A DNA stretch of 62,097 nt, the filler included, from Choristocarpus tenellus KU-1152 (lineage: Eukaryota > Protista > Phaeophyceae), in assembly GCA_964200185.2 (NCBI GenBank). It is 9 parts of 9 records of this genome, joined end to end, with 100 filler letters (N's around TTAATTAATTAA, not from the genome) between each part and the next. Parts side by side here need not be neighbours in the genome. Positions count along the whole stretch, not along the records: positions 11,082 to 15,364 come from CAXNAD020015301.1; positions 15,465 to 24,786 come from CAXNAD020003783.1; positions 24,887 to 35,910 come from CAXNAD020002560.1; 6 more parts are not named here. The stretch is one strand, 5' to 3'. Made by a program: the position numbers and the translations under genes. Of the stretch, positions 13,541 through 26,486 are shown piece by piece. The notes beneath the pieces were generated by a model, which did no database searches, was not told where the DNA came from, and saw nothing but the letters and a program-made list of their open reading frames with translations. Positions within the stretch are counted from its first letter, which is position 1. Each line of letters opens with the position of its first letter.

Positions 13541-15290
13541 AATCCTCCCCTATGGAAGCATCCCAAGAATCTGACGGACCCTTTCTTACCAATTTGCCTG
13601 GTCTCTCTATCTTCAAACGCACGATGCGTCTCAAGAGAGCCAGTTGTGGAGTAACGGGCACTATCTGTGTCAAACGGGACTTGACAGCCCCTTTCCTACA
13701 GTATCTTCCCACTCCTCTTCCCTCTACTACCTGGGTGGCTGACTCATTCAAGAAAATTTCTTCCAGCTTTCCAAGGTGCCCAAAGTTTTCCATAGGGAAT
13801 GTGTTGAGATTCAAACCATGAGACTCGAAAGATCCCTCATAGTGGGTGCACTTTCGCGTCTCACCTGCAGCAGCAGCTACGATATTGGTGGTGGACGAGC
13901 AGGGCAGATGGGAGGCTGCTTAGACTTCTGAGCCAATATATATTAGAGGGTAGAGCCGCGTCCATTTGGGGCTCAAATCCAATGTTGCGATTTTGATGTA
14001 ATTTTTTGCTATCATGTTTGTTAGGAAGTGTCAACATCCATATTCCGGACACACCTTTTCATAACATATATACTTTACCTACTCCTAAACATTGTGGAGT
14101 AGGAAAATGTCATGGGAAGCCAAGCCCCGTATGGACAAACAGGGCAAAACCCGTACCCTCTGAGATACTTTCTTCTGTAAAAGCAATATCCAGAAGGGGG
14201 CCTTTTGTGCTGATAGGGAGAAGAGTGAGTATCTGAGAGTACGCCACCATGGAACACCACATCCATGGGAAGTTCTGGTCTGTTGTAAACAGGGTGCCAT
14301 CCTCTATAGTGCAAGGGATGCCCATTCCCATGCAGAATTGGACTAGGCATTTCACAATTGCACCAGTGTGTGTTGGCGTACTTGTCCTCCCACCCTCAGG
14401 CGGGTGCGGGCATGTTGGGACTGAAAATTATTCCTCCTGCACTCAGCCACCAGGTACCTGTTGGGTAGGGGTCTTCCCTCCCTAGAGATCTGCTGGCAGT
14501 AAGCCCAAACTCTACAGGAATATAATCCGGTACGCTTGTTCCAGGGGTTGTGCAGAGGTCCATGCATTGGTCCCTTGTCCACAATGGCTCTGGAGGTGGG
14601 CTAGTGCTAGCAAAAAACTTTCCTTCCCTTGTTCCTTTGCATCATCCTGAAGGTTGCCAGTTGCGTTCGAAAGGAGTCGAAACAGAACCTGTTCAGATGA
14701 CCGGTGACCTCATTTTGTGCCCCTCCTTGTGATACCAGCATCATCAGCTGCCAGAGTGTGGATCTTCAGGGTAGGGGCAGGGATCGTTGTTCCTGCTCAG
14801 TCTACCCGACCTTGGCCAATAGTTCCCGTCAAGTCTTCCGGAGGGACTCCTGATGAGAGGAGGGTGTGGATCAACAACCCTAGGTCCTGGACTGTATGAC
14901 TCGAACAAATTGGCCTGGGTAAAGACCTCACAATTGGGCCTTTGTTTCCTTCTCTGGGCGGGTAAAGTGGACACTATTGATCCCACAAAAAACTGCACGC
15001 GCTAGTGGTGTCTCATGGAGGATAGACCTAGCCCCCCTGAACTCTGGGTATCTGTGCCTGTACTTGTCGGTGTGTTTCCAGGTGAAGAGATCCACTTTCA
15101 CACTTCCCATTAAAGAACTTAGTGGCTCCAGCTGAGCTATCTCCATTATCTCTTCGGGAATCCACGGTGAGGTGTTGGATTATCCCATGGTAGAACGTGC
15201 CAGCTGGGGACACCGAATTACCCAAAGAGGAAGGGAGGAACCAGTAGTCGAGGAACCAGGCTAGTTGTTTATCTTCCATTGTTTATCCTC
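13541..15290 (-). mobile_element. Second decayed copy of the gag-like internal region, with MITE insertion and PPT-like GGGGAGGA|TTGT at ~13541-13552
   Basis: Shares the block TCTTCACC..CAAGTrCAGGCACAGATACCCA..GTTCAGGGGG with ~19195-19260. Confidence 0.45.
13930..14172 (-). mobile_element. MITE family A, TSD TTCT
   Basis: TIRs plus internal similarity; one terminus lacks 4 nt. Confidence 0.85.
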
Positions 15291-15464
15291 CATTGTGACC
15301 CAAAGTATCTGGGAGGGGGGGGGGGGGGGGGTTCCCCGGGGGGGCCCTTTTGGCAAAAAAACGGNNNNNNNNNNNNNNNNNNNNNNNNNNNNNNNNNNNN
15401 NNNNNNNNTTAATTAATTAANNNNNNNNNNNNNNNNNNNNNNNNNNNNNNNNNNNNNNNNNNNN

Positions 15465-16890
15465 GTAGGAAGGGTGCCCAAGTGTCCCTGAATACCAGGG
15501 CTAGGCTTGCAGCGCTGAACGCCCTTGCAATGGTCCCTGGTGAGCATGAACTGCCACCTACGTTGGGCCGGCCCTCTCAGTGGAATTTGGAGTGTCCGAG
15601 AGTTACATGCGAGGGCCCTGGGAGGACGTTTGCCGATTAGCTCACCCGTGGCCACACTCTTGACCTAGGGGTAGTGGCACGTAGTGGGCGGTCTTTGGAG
15701 CTCACACCGACCAAGATGGCCGCAATACATAGTATAAAATAAGATAATCAGTCATCCACAATGCATCAGGTGACAATGAAGATGGTCACCAAGGGGCTGA
15801 ATTATAGCACAGGCACTGTAAACAGGTGGTTGGGTGATATGGAGGCCATGCCGAATTGCCGCTGGATCAAACCCAAGCATAAATCATGGCAAAAAAGGTA
15901 TGGATAATGGACTTTGTTTGCGATCAAGTAGACCGGAAATGTGGTGTGTAAGCCTCCATGGTGAACACGATCCATGTGGATGAAACCTGGTTTTACGTAT
16001 GGCTGATGGGGAAAGGGTTAGGGTATTTCCGCGTAAGGATAATAGCGACTTTCCAGGGTCCCCTACTATGCAGCACAAGGGTCATATCCCCAAAACTATG
16101 ATCATTGCAACCAAAGCCCGTCTAGATTTTGGTTCAAAGCTTTGATGGAAAGCTTGGTGTGTGTGTGCGCCAAAAACGGCAGACAGGACGAGCAAGAGCC
16201 ATAAAAAGGGGGGATGTGTATGAACAGGACTGTACTTTAGGCCATTTGTGGTACAGGAAGTGGTGCACGGAGGAGTTACTACCTGCAATCAAGACCAAGA
16301 TGCCTTGGCTGCAGGGGAAGCACGCTGTTGTTCAGCAAGACGGTGCCAACCCGTACACGGGCAAGGGCAACTCAGAAATCTTGTCAGGGGCAGAGAAGAG
16401 TGAGGGGTAGTCGATTAGGCTTGCGATGCAGCCATCTAACTCCCCCGACCTCAGCATCATGGACCTGTGCCTCTTCAGGTCTTTGAAATGCCGTGTGATG
16501 GGGGAGCGGTTTGGGTTCGTCAAGGAGATGGTGAAGGTCATTAAAAAACAGTATGAGGAGTATGATGAAACCACACTTGAGAGGGCTTGGCAGTTCCTTT
16601 TTGTGGTGTAGAATCAAGTACTTAGATACAAAGGGGGGAATGACTTCAGTGTGGAGCACACAGGGGTTAGGAAGAGGCAGTTGTCTGGTGAGCTTCAAAC
16701 ACGCCCAAGGTTGACATGGAGGCTATTTCTATGGCTGATAAAACTGTGATAAATGGGGAGTAATAGTAATAAAAAGAGATGACTCTAACCAGAATTTCGT
16801 CAAGGATTCCAAATCTTCTTTCAGAAATGAATTTCATCACCTTCAAAGTAATGGACTACACGGCACAGACTTATTATGGCAAGGAGGTAG
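15465..16890 (+). mobile_element. Tc1/mariner, plant-mariner(DD39D)-like transposon pseudogene, copy 1; 5' end lost in gap
   Basis: IHVDETWFY, FDGKLG, QQDGANP, QPSNSPDLSIMDLCLFRSLK; right terminus ...GGCAAGGAGGTAG at 16890. Confidence 0.9.
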
Positions 16891-16949
16891 TGTAAAACCT
16901 ATTTTTGCCAATATCCTATCAAATCCCAAGTAGCTCCAATTATATCTCA

Positions 16950-17500
16950 AATCCATCAGAAAGGTTGGAGTTGCTTGTTTTCACAAATACAGTCAAGTTA
17001 TTTAGGAAAATACATCAGGTGTCTAACTTGGTTGTATGACGTCGACACTCTACCAGTCATAATATCTGAAGATCCGCTCGCTTTGCCACAAATTCCTCCT
17101 CCGCCGCATTGGTTATCCGCAATTTGGAGCGTACCTATTATGTCCTATCCAAAGATGCTCTGATGAAGAGTGGATCTGAGAGCATTGAGTCAATGGTGCG
17201 CAAGAATAGGCTCCTATTTGCCAGGTCAATCGATCGCATGGGGAATGATCGACTTCTCAATTATATTGATGTTTGGGGAGCTTGTGAATGGAAAAACGGA
17301 ACGCAAGGTGGACAGGAGAGAACTGATGGAAGTATCTCCACGCCGATCTTGACAAGTTTGGGGTTGGGGCAAAGTATTGGAGCACGGCAGTCACTAACCA
17401 ACAGGAGTGGTGTGAGTGTTTGATAACAGCACAACGAGGTTAATGGCCGAGTAGCATTCCAAGGAAGCTGTGATAGCTAATGTACATCACACCAAAGCAA
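16950..17500 (+). mobile_element. RTE LINE 3' fragment
   Basis: DALMKSGSESIESMVRKNRLLFA...RMGNDRL...MFGEL, the typical RTE C-terminus. Confidence 0.75.
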
Positions 17501-17769
17501 CAATGAAAGTCGCCCAAGTCAACAACACCATTATTATTACCTTCTACAGAATGCTGTTTCTTTGTGAGCCTATTCTCTTGCATAACTGTTCGTCTTCTTC
17601 TTGATACTATGGCGGGGGACCACATGGGAAACCCTTGTACTGTTCCTTTTGTTTAAGTCTCTTATTACATCTTTTCGCTTGTCTTCCTCCCTTCCTTCCA
17701 TCCTTGCTTCCATCATTCCTTTTTTGTTTCCTTCCTTTTTCGCCTTCCTACCTCTCCTTCTATTTCTCA

Positions 17770-19895
17770 TGTTGCGAAAAGCAGGAGTGACTGATATATC
17801 ATACCATTATTACCGTATGCCATATACCAAAATATCGATTGAAATTCTTTTGTGAGAGCTTCGCTTCAATTGTCAAGGATCTTCAAAAGATAGATTTCCT
17901 TGACTTCCTGTGACATCTCTTCACGAGCACGTTTTCCAAGGCGGATCTCCCATCTCTGAGGGGTTCTTTCTGAACCCCATCCGAACCGTGATCCTCCCCA
18001 CTCCAGCAGTCCTTATCCGCTTGCCCAACCTTATTATTCGCTCACTCGGTTATGGTTCCGCTTGGTCAGTCTGGTCCATCTTGCTCGGTGATTCTCTCCA
18101 CCACCCTTACCTGAGTGAACCACGCCGCCTCATAATCATATGATTCACGATGGTGACACCAATGTCCTCTCTCCTCAGGAAGAACGTTTGACTGATGCTG
18201 TCGAGGAAACAAAAGAGGAGGGACAGAAATTTGGCGAGAACGGATCTATACAAGATATGGAGTCACCCACGAATCACGGCTCAGGATCAAGTTTTTCCTT
18301 TAATACATCCTTCTTATCATACTACCGACCCGAACCTGCTAATCTTTGGCAAGCCATCCCGTCCAGCAGACCGTTGGGGTGGTGCAACAGCTGTGTCATC
18401 GACCTTTGAGCATCGTGTTAGGTTAGCCCACCGTGACACCTGTCGTGTCATTTTTTGGGACAGCCCAGTTTCCTCTCTTCGTTTAACCACTTGGGAGGTG
18501 GCCGTTTTGCAGGGACAGTCCGGTGATCCCATCCCAGTGGTTGATAGTACTATGGACTATGGAGAAAGTAGCCTATGTTTTAATTGCTCCTTCTTCTACT
18601 CTAGGGCCACAGTCAAAGCTCTCCTGTAGGCGCAGTTCGCTTTTGGACCCCGAAGGTTTCCTCCCAAAGGTTCCTGGATGACGCATACATCTATCTCCAC
18701 GAGGGAGATAAACTCCACTGCTATAGCTCCTATTGTGCAACTGAAAACGAACCGGTACTAGGTAGGCATAGTACCAAACTTGGATAAACCTCTATACCTC
18801 ACTACCTTAGGACCAGCAGCCCAAACCCTCAGAACTGGAATTCCTACAGGAGCAATCCTGGCTCCAGATCGAAATAGTTTGGTCCCACTGGGGGCTCCAG
18901 TAGGGACATTTTAATTTGTCCAAGCCCACGTGGCCGGGGTGATCGAGAGCTCTGGTTCACAAATGCTGACCATGCACCTAAGCAAGATGGAAAATTCACA
19001 GGTTCTTTACTCCTCTACTCCTGGTCGCTAGTTTCCCGTTTGGGCTATTTCGTGAGGATATTCCCCTCCCACCTTGCATGCTCCTACATGGAAGAACCTG
19101 ACAGCACCTCACTGTGGACTCTGCAGAAGATCATAAAGGTAGCAGACTTTGGTGATGTCACTGAGTTCTTTGATGCCGTGTTTAGTAATTAGTATCTTCA
19201 CCTTGAATCATACTAGCAAGTGCAGGCACAGATACCCATAAGTTCAGGGGGCCTAGACCTATTCTCCATCATGTACCGCTATCATCCACCTTCTTTTGGA
19301 TAACTAGTGCCCACTCTCCCCACCCTCCTAGCCAGGCAACAAGGGTGCTACGGAGAGGCTTTCAAGTTTATTTTTGCTAGTCTCACAGTCCAGCCGTAGG
19401 ATCGTCAATCCGCCCTTTTTTTCATCAGGAATCAATTCAGAGGACCTGGCGGAGGATCTTGATTGAGGCTAGGTAGACTTGAGCGTAATAACAACCCCCA
19501 TTCCGGTCCCGGACGTTCATGCTATGCCAGGTCATGATGCAAGGATCACAAGGAGGGCACAAAACGATATCACCTACATTCTCAACAGGATCCGTTTCGA
19601 ATTCTTTTCAGGTGTAACTGATCAACCTTCGGGCTGATGCAGAGGAACAAAAGAGGGAAAGTTCTTCGCTAGATCTAGCCCACCACCAGAGTCAGTGTGG
19701 GTAAGGGGGCAATACCTGGAGCTACACATAGCCCTTAGAACGAGCACGCCAGCTCCAGTAGAAGTCTAGATTTGCTGCCAGGGGTCACTAGGAAGGGAGA
19801 AGGTCCTATCCAACAGATGCCCTATGGTCGGATGCAATAGGCACAATGTCGACACTACACATCCCCACACCTTCCCCAGGGCGAGAGGGCAAACA
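17770..19895 (+). mobile_element. Gypsy-like LTR element remnant: LTR (~17770-18149), PBS-like TGGTGACACC (18151), decayed gag-like region
   Basis: LTR sequence recurs at 21155-21488 behind a PPT; internal region ~19020-19280 is homologous to minus-strand ~15010-15270. Confidence 0.5.
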
Positions 19896-19949
19896 GATTC
19901 AAAGAATCTTAGAGGGTAGAGCCGCGTCCGTTTGGGGGCCAAAATCTAA
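19896..19949 (-). mobile_element. MITE family A, single end
   Basis: TCTTAGAGGGTAGAGCCGCGTCCGTTTGGGGGCCAAAATC. Confidence 0.75.
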
Positions 19950-21141
19950 GTTTCACCATCTTATCCGTTACTACTGTGCTATCAAAACACCAGACCAAGA
20001 ACAAGGTGGGAAGATTTAAATATGCCGAAGGACATAAATGGGGTTCCAGCTCAAGTTTCGAAGAGCTGGAGCGATGAGCAGGTAGGATGGCTGAAACCAG
20101 TGTGTGAGAAGTAGGGCACAAACAGAGGCAGTACTTCCACGTGGGATCACCAACTCTAGTGAGCTTTGTTATCCATCATACGGAGCCAGCAAAACCAGTT
20201 GTGAAGTGCAAACAGTTGGATACAATAGTTGGTAAGAGAACTAATAGTGTAGTATATAGTGCCTCTGACCCCAATATGAAAGTGAAGATATAAATACACA
20301 AATGTGGAAAAACACTAATAAATGAAAACATAAAGAGACACACATACTCTAGAAGAGGACCTTGCCAGTAGTCTCGTCTCTGCAATACCTCTATGCAAAC
20401 ACAAATTCGCTAGGTAAGGTATTCACAAATCAATCATTCGATTAAGGTTGCTGAATTGACTTGAACCACGAAGTTGTGTTACGAAAAATTTGTGAAGCAG
20501 TGCCTGCTCGTAAAAAAAAACAGGGGCAAAAGCCACAGAAAATAGCAGTATTTCAAGATGGAAGCTCTTTGGGTAGGTAACCGACTCATGCAGACATCAT
20601 TGCACCATTTGTTTCTTCATAGTACTACGAAGTGTGTAGTTAATGGTTGTTTACAAGAGCCTCTATACACTTGCTTGTTCCCCTTGTCCATGCTTAGCCC
20701 CTTCGACTTGCATGGTTCAAGTAGAAATGCGGGATTCTTAGGTAGGACGGGGCACAAGAGCAACCAAGAAAGGTAAGCAGTGGGCAGCCTAGGTATGCAC
20801 TCAGTTGGGTGTAGGGAGTAGCCACTTCCTCCCTCACTGTACTAAGTGAAAAATACTACGAATCATATTTGAAAATCTCTAATAAAATATGGCAGACTAC
20901 GAGACCTTTCATTTCTACCCTTAAGGACACTACTTCTTCTGTGTTGGGGTTCTATTTTCTTGTACCACCAGGAAACACATCAACCAGGAGCGGACATAAG
21001 ACTGCATATATATATATATATATATATATGTTGTTTAATATAATGGAGCAAAACTAACAGGCACAGGTGTTTTCCATTTTTCTCACAGTGTTCATCTTTT
21101 GGTTGACCCCGAAATATTTCTACGTGGATTCGAGGTCGATC

Positions 21142-21488
21142 AGAAGTGGGGTGATGTGGAAAGCAAGGTTGACTGTTATCATACTGTCATTGTCGTATAT
21201 CACATATCGACATACCATTTTTTTTTATTTGCTGAGAATTCGGTTCAAGTGTGGTTCAACTCTGGAGGATCTTTGGAGGGATCGTTTTCCCTGATTTCCC
21301 GAAACATCTCTTCTTCTTAAGGACGTTTTCCAAAGGCGGGATCTCCCATTTCTGAAGGGTTTATTTTTTGAACCCTATTCGAACCATGATCTTCCCCACT
21401 TCCTCAGCCCTTGTTCGCTTGTCCAACCTTAATCCTGTCCTCTCGGTTACGGTTGGTCTCGGTGGTTCCAAGTTCCTGGAAAGAACAT
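21142..21488 (+). mobile_element. PPT plus 3' LTR remnant of the same Gypsy-like family, cut by a MITE
   Basis: AGAAGTGGGGTGA|TGT junction; diverged similarity to 17770-18060. Confidence 0.55.
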
Positions 21489-21749
21489 GAGTGGAAGTAT
21501 CTTAGAGGGTACGAATTTTGCCCTGTTTGTCCATTTGGGGCTTGGCTTCCCATGGAGTACTTGTATGACGCCTTCCTACTCCAAGATCTTTCGGAGTAGG
21601 TAAAATGTGTTACGTCATGAAAAGGTGCGTCCGTAACAAGGATATTGACACTTCCTAACAAACAGAATACTCAAAACTCCATCAAAATCGCAACATTGGA
21701 TTTTGTCCCCTAAATGGACGCGACTCTACCCTCTAAGATACTTTGGCTC
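21489..21749 (+). mobile_element. MITE family A, TSD ACAT
   Basis: ACAT|GAG...CTC|ACAT. Confidence 0.92.
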
Positions 21750-22158
21750 ACATGTGGACAACCACCTGAAATATGTGGACAACCTGTAGTCAACTAGTCA
21801 ATACATAACCATACACTACTACTGATGTACGTCTACAACAGAGAGGGGATGAGGGGACCTGGTGGTAGAGAGAAAATAACGAATTAATCCATGAGTAGAA
21901 GCATAAGAAAATACAGATAATAACATAGTGTAATTGAATTTGTTCACACAATATTTTAGTTGAGAAACTCTAAAGAAGGAAAAAGGTTCCCAAGTTGTAC
22001 AAGAAACGGTTGTCAGTTGCACAGCAGTAGTAGTGTATTGTACTGCATAAACGTCAACTAATCAAGGTTTTATAAGACCTTGGAAGGGTTAGTCACTAGG
22101 TATTTGTTTTGTCGCTTCCCCTTGCATCAATACAAAGACATAGAACGTAATAGGACCG

Positions 22159-22173
22159 ATGACGGAAGCCAAG
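22159..22173 (+). CDS. Myosin heavy chain, putative exon 1 (MTEAK)
   Basis: ATG ACG GAA GCC AAG followed by a GTGAGG donor; phase 0 matches the next exon. Confidence 0.6.
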
Positions 22174-22376
22174 GTGAGGAGCAGATATTCGCAGAGTGCC
22201 TGAACCCAATCCCCCCAGTTGCCTAGCCTGACTGAAGACAGAAGTGCCTCTTTGTCAGGCAGATCAATGTTGGAGCAACATTGATGTCCCGATTGGTCTG
22301 GGTCAAGATGAACGTCTTACTGCTTGATGTTGTAACACTTTCTCCTTCTGCCTTGCACATACCATGAAAAATCAAG

Positions 22377-22536
22377 GTCTACATTCCGCACCCCGAGGCG
22401 GCATGGGCTCGGGCATCGGTTCTCCGTCCTCTTGGGGGCAAGCGATTTCAGGTCCGGATAGACGGTGTGGATGACCTGGATGCGACCTCGCAATGTGAGA
22501 GGGAGGCGGGGACGATCCGAGAGGTGGATCTGGCAG
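22377..22536 (+). CDS. Myosin heavy chain exon 2, N-terminal SH3-like region (VYIPHPEAAWARASVLRPLGGKRFQVRIDG...REVDLA)
   Basis: AG acceptor after a pyrimidine tract and GTGGGT donor; phase 1 matches the next exon; VYIPxxExxW is typical of myosin N-termini; CpGs are retained. Confidence 0.8.
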
Positions 22537-23438
22537 GTGGGTTACTCCTAGATATTATTGTGCGCACTAATATGTGTATGGGAAATATGAAGAAAATGAA
22601 AGGGGACGGGAAAAACCCTCTATCTAATGCATGTTACAACCACGCCCTCAAGTGTTGTGCCAACGTCTATTGCCTCTCAACTCCTCCTGACGATTGGTTT
22701 ATCTACTCCCTTGAGCATTATGGGTTGGCCACAGGACCTGACTTTCCTGCTAAATTTGTCCATGTGTTCCAACACAGTGGAAACATATCCGTAAGAAAAA
22801 ATGTGTGTAGTTGCACTCTCCTACACATACCTGGTATCTGAACTTGAACATCTGTTGTGCAGTATTTTTTGCAGCGCAGCAACTCGCTTTATTTTGATCT
22901 CCGTTGCACTTCTCCACATGTACGAATGAGTAGCTTACTGCGTCTAGGGATCGTCATCATTTTGCGATAGACTAGGAAACTGAACACTTTTGCTTAACCC
23001 GCCCAACAAGGTGATGACCGTTGGACTGAGTGATGATCGCCGCATTCGCACTTTCATCATCATCACCATACTAAGGGGCGACCAAGAAGTTGTCCTTCTG
23101 TCCCACCGCGTTCAATTATATCCGCCACTAGACCGCATATCCGCTCCACAATACACAGTGACAAGGATAACTTCATATACCTGAACTATCGTACCCCACC
23201 CCCCCCCCTCGCGTTACTACGACCAGAACGCCAACATCACCAACACCACCAAAACCATCAACACCACCAACACCATCAATATTCCAACATACGAAAATCC
23301 ACCAGCAAAGATCCGCAACTCTATCTTGCCCACCAACACCATTATTCATCTGCCGTTCCTCACTGGAGCATCAACACATCATCAGAGTGAACCCCCGTCT
23401 CCTCCCATTTCTCCAACTCCTCTTCCACCCGTGAGCAG

Positions 23439-23637
23439 GAAAAGAGTTCAAGGGGTATGCAGACATGGATAGCCTTCCACTGCAGAACCTTGCGGTCCCT
23501 AAGGAGGGCGTAGCTGACATGACCCAACTTAACTATCTACATGAGCCTGCCATTCTGTTCAACCTGCGACGTCGTTATTTCCAGGCTTTGCCCTACACAT
23601 ACACAGGGGACATCGTGATTGCCTGCAACCCATACCG
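23439..23637 (+). CDS. Myosin heavy chain exon 3, start of motor domain (SLPLQN...GVADMTQLNYLHEPAILFNLRRRYFQALPYTYTGDIVIACNPY)
   Basis: Canonical myosin head motifs DMTxLxYLHEPAILxNL, YTYTG and NPY; CAG acceptor and GTGAG donor with consistent phases. Confidence 0.95.
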
Positions 23638-24738
23638 GTGAGTTCTGTTGCGACTGCTTATGCAAAAGTGGAGAGAGCCAGTGTGAAGCAAATCAGTTGG
23701 TGGAGCAACTGGGGGGGAGAGGTAGGCAAGGGCGATTGTATTTTTTTAACTCTTATTTGTATTGCCTTGGACTAGGGGCTGTCCCAACCCGTGGTCATAG
23801 ACGCTACATAATGCACTACCTTTCATAGCAACTACTATCTAACTGTTCCGCTACAACCAATTGTGCTGCCTCCATTTTGTGCATAGCTTCTTCGTGGGTT
23901 GAGTATTGTCAAATCTCTGCCTGTTGCTTTGCCTCCCTCAAATTTTGTGCTGGACCCACCTTGACATGGATTTGCAGTGAAGCCTCAGCACCTTGTTCTT
24001 GGTCCGTTTTTTGGGGGGGGATAATGACATACAGGATAGTACATCTGTAGTGCTTACTATCTGTGCTTTTTTATAGTTGAACACATTTTTATGGAAAGAG
24101 GTATGGCATTGATGGGGTTCAATTCCGCAAAATCCATTCTGGGAACGGCCTCCATCAATCACTGAGCCACACGAATGCTTGCACTGTAGTGAGGAACTTT
24201 AGAGGCTTAATTGCTACGCACTTCCTTGAATCACTCTTGTTATCAAGGTACACCAGGCAGTGTCTGCTAAGATACTACAGTGAGCATCACCTTAGTTTGT
24301 TGTTGATTCTATTTTGGGAGTTGAGAGATGTACTGTAGGTTGGATCTATGTATATATGTATGGATGGGTGAGTGGGCGGGTGAGTGAGTGGGAGAGTGTG
24401 TGTGTGTGAAGGATGAGCAGATGGTCAGGGGTGCCCTATAGATGGTGGGTGACATGGTATAGATCGTGGTGGTAAGAGGGTACTCTCCACATACCCTATG
24501 TCAAATGGAGAGGTAGGCCATGTTCTTTCTTCAATCTTTACCTTGTGCCTCCCATCTTCTGACTTATGGTCCCCTCACCCCCTATATTCCTGGGTGTTAG
24601 GTGTCATTGGGGGGTATGTATATGAATGTGTGTGTGTGTGTGTGTGCGTGCGTGCGTGAGGACACTGTTATAACTTTGAACATCACCCTTTCAAGCATCG
24701 CTCGTATCCCTGATAATTGCCCTCCTCGCCTTTTCCAG

Positions 24739-24786
24739 GTGGCTGGATATTTATGGTCAAGAGATGGGGCGAAAATATGCTGCAAT
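24739..24786 (+). CDS. Myosin heavy chain exon 4, partial ((R)WLDIYGQEMGRKYAA), truncated by assembly gap
   Basis: TTTTCCAG acceptor; phase 2 completes NPYR-WLDIY, matching the myosin NPYxxLxIY motif. Confidence 0.85.
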
Positions 24787-25518
24787 NNNNNNNNNNNNNN
24801 NNNNNNNNNNNNNNNNNNNNNNNNNNNNNNTTAATTAATTAANNNNNNNNNNNNNNNNNNNNNNNNNNNNNNNNNNNNNNNNNNNNCTTTCCTACCATAT
24901 CCTCCCGCTCCTCTCCCTCCTACCATGTGGGTAGCCAGCTCATCCAGGAAGTACCGTTATCATGTCCATTTTCAGAAGATGGCATTGTCATCCTCTTATT
25001 ATTTTAATATTACTCTACCCTGTAATGTTGTGATACTAATTTATTCCATATCTACAGTACTTTTAACTGCAATAAAATCAACGTTCTTGGGATGCTTCCC
25101 TGGGGTGCAGGACTAAGCTAGGTTGGAGGCACAAGGGGGCAGTGGTGTAGCATAGCTGATAATAAATTAGAAAATAGATCATAGAAAAATATCTTTCACA
25201 TTTACGAAAATTGTTACTTTTTTAGGGGTTATTCTGACATTTGAATGGTTTTTCATTGGTATTTCCTCCGACACATCTGCAAAATGTCAGAGGGCATAAT
25301 ATTATATAAAATCAACATAATGAGCCCACATAATTTTAATCAGTAGGACTAAGGAGGGGAGGGAAGTAAATAGAAGTGATGTTGGAGGCATAGCAGCAAT
25401 GTACACATAACATTGTAATGTACCCGAACATCATGTGTGTGTGTGTGTGTGTATGTGTACTAGCACTACTGTACCAGAGACAAGTCAAATGGAATACCTC
25501 TTGTCCATAGAAGCACAA

Positions 25519-25688
25519 CATGTTATAGCTTGTCATTATCATGCTACAGCTTGTCATTATCATGTTATAGCTTGTCATTATCATGTTATAGCTTGTCATT
25601 ATCATGTTACAGCTTGTCATTATCATGTTACAGCTTGTCATTATCATGTTACAGCTTGTCATTATCATGCTACAGCTTGTCATTATCA
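25519..25688. repeat. 21-bp tandem repeat (CATGTTAyAGCTTGTCATTAT), about 8 copies
   Basis: Directly visible. Confidence 0.95.
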
Positions 25689-25997
25689 AACCAGAACACT
25701 ACGACAAAAACTTCCAGTGCTGTAAATGACTTGCTAAAAAAATATGAGCTCCAGTGCACTATTTGCTTACAAGATTCTCTCTTGTTGTGAGAACAGATCT
25801 ACCCATTAACAAGTTCAAAAAGGTCAAAACAAGCAACATGCAGAAACAGTCAAGCACAGTCAAGGGGGAACACAGTGGATTTCTTTCTGCTTCTACACAA
25901 GCTACCTTCTCCAATTATATTTGCAACTTTTTGTAGAGAAGAATATATACCCCATCCCTCCTTAAAACACCTAAAGAGGGGAAGTGAAGACAGATGG

Positions 25998-26115
25998 ATC
26001 AATGATGGAAGGTCTTCTTGTCTCTTGATGTAAGAATTGATTTGTTGATCTCGAAACAATGATGGAAAAGTCTTCTTGTCTCTTGATGTAAGAATTGATT
26101 TGTTGATCTCGAAAC
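25998..26115. repeat. ~57-bp tandem duplication
   Basis: CAATGATGGAA..GTCTTCTTGTCTCTTGATGTAAGAATTGATTTGTTGATCTCGAAAC occurs twice. Confidence 0.9.
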
Positions 26116-26486
26116 CTATAAAATAAAAAAGGAATATATTGAATACATTGAATATGTTGAATATTGTGAGTTCTGAATAAAAAAGGATACAGTCTGATAG
26201 ACCTCCTGCATGCACATGATACACTCATCAGTTTGCATGTCGATTACATTGGCAAGACCGACATGAACACCCATTGACAGGAACACATCTCACTCCTGAG
26301 CTCTATTGCCAGTTGGGTATACCCAGACAAACAAAAATACTCATGTAACATAATGAACATATTTACATTTCAAGCAAAAGCATCAAGACTACATATTCTG
26401 CAGCAAGATATACACACACATACCATGATTGATCTCCACAATAAATATTAGTGAGAAGACTTTGGCCCAAGTCACCTGCCCTAACC

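Noticed and set aside
25336-25790. ORFs with MIMTSCN / CHYHVTA / SLSLSCY repeats
   Set aside because: By-products of a 21-bp tandem repeat open in several frames.
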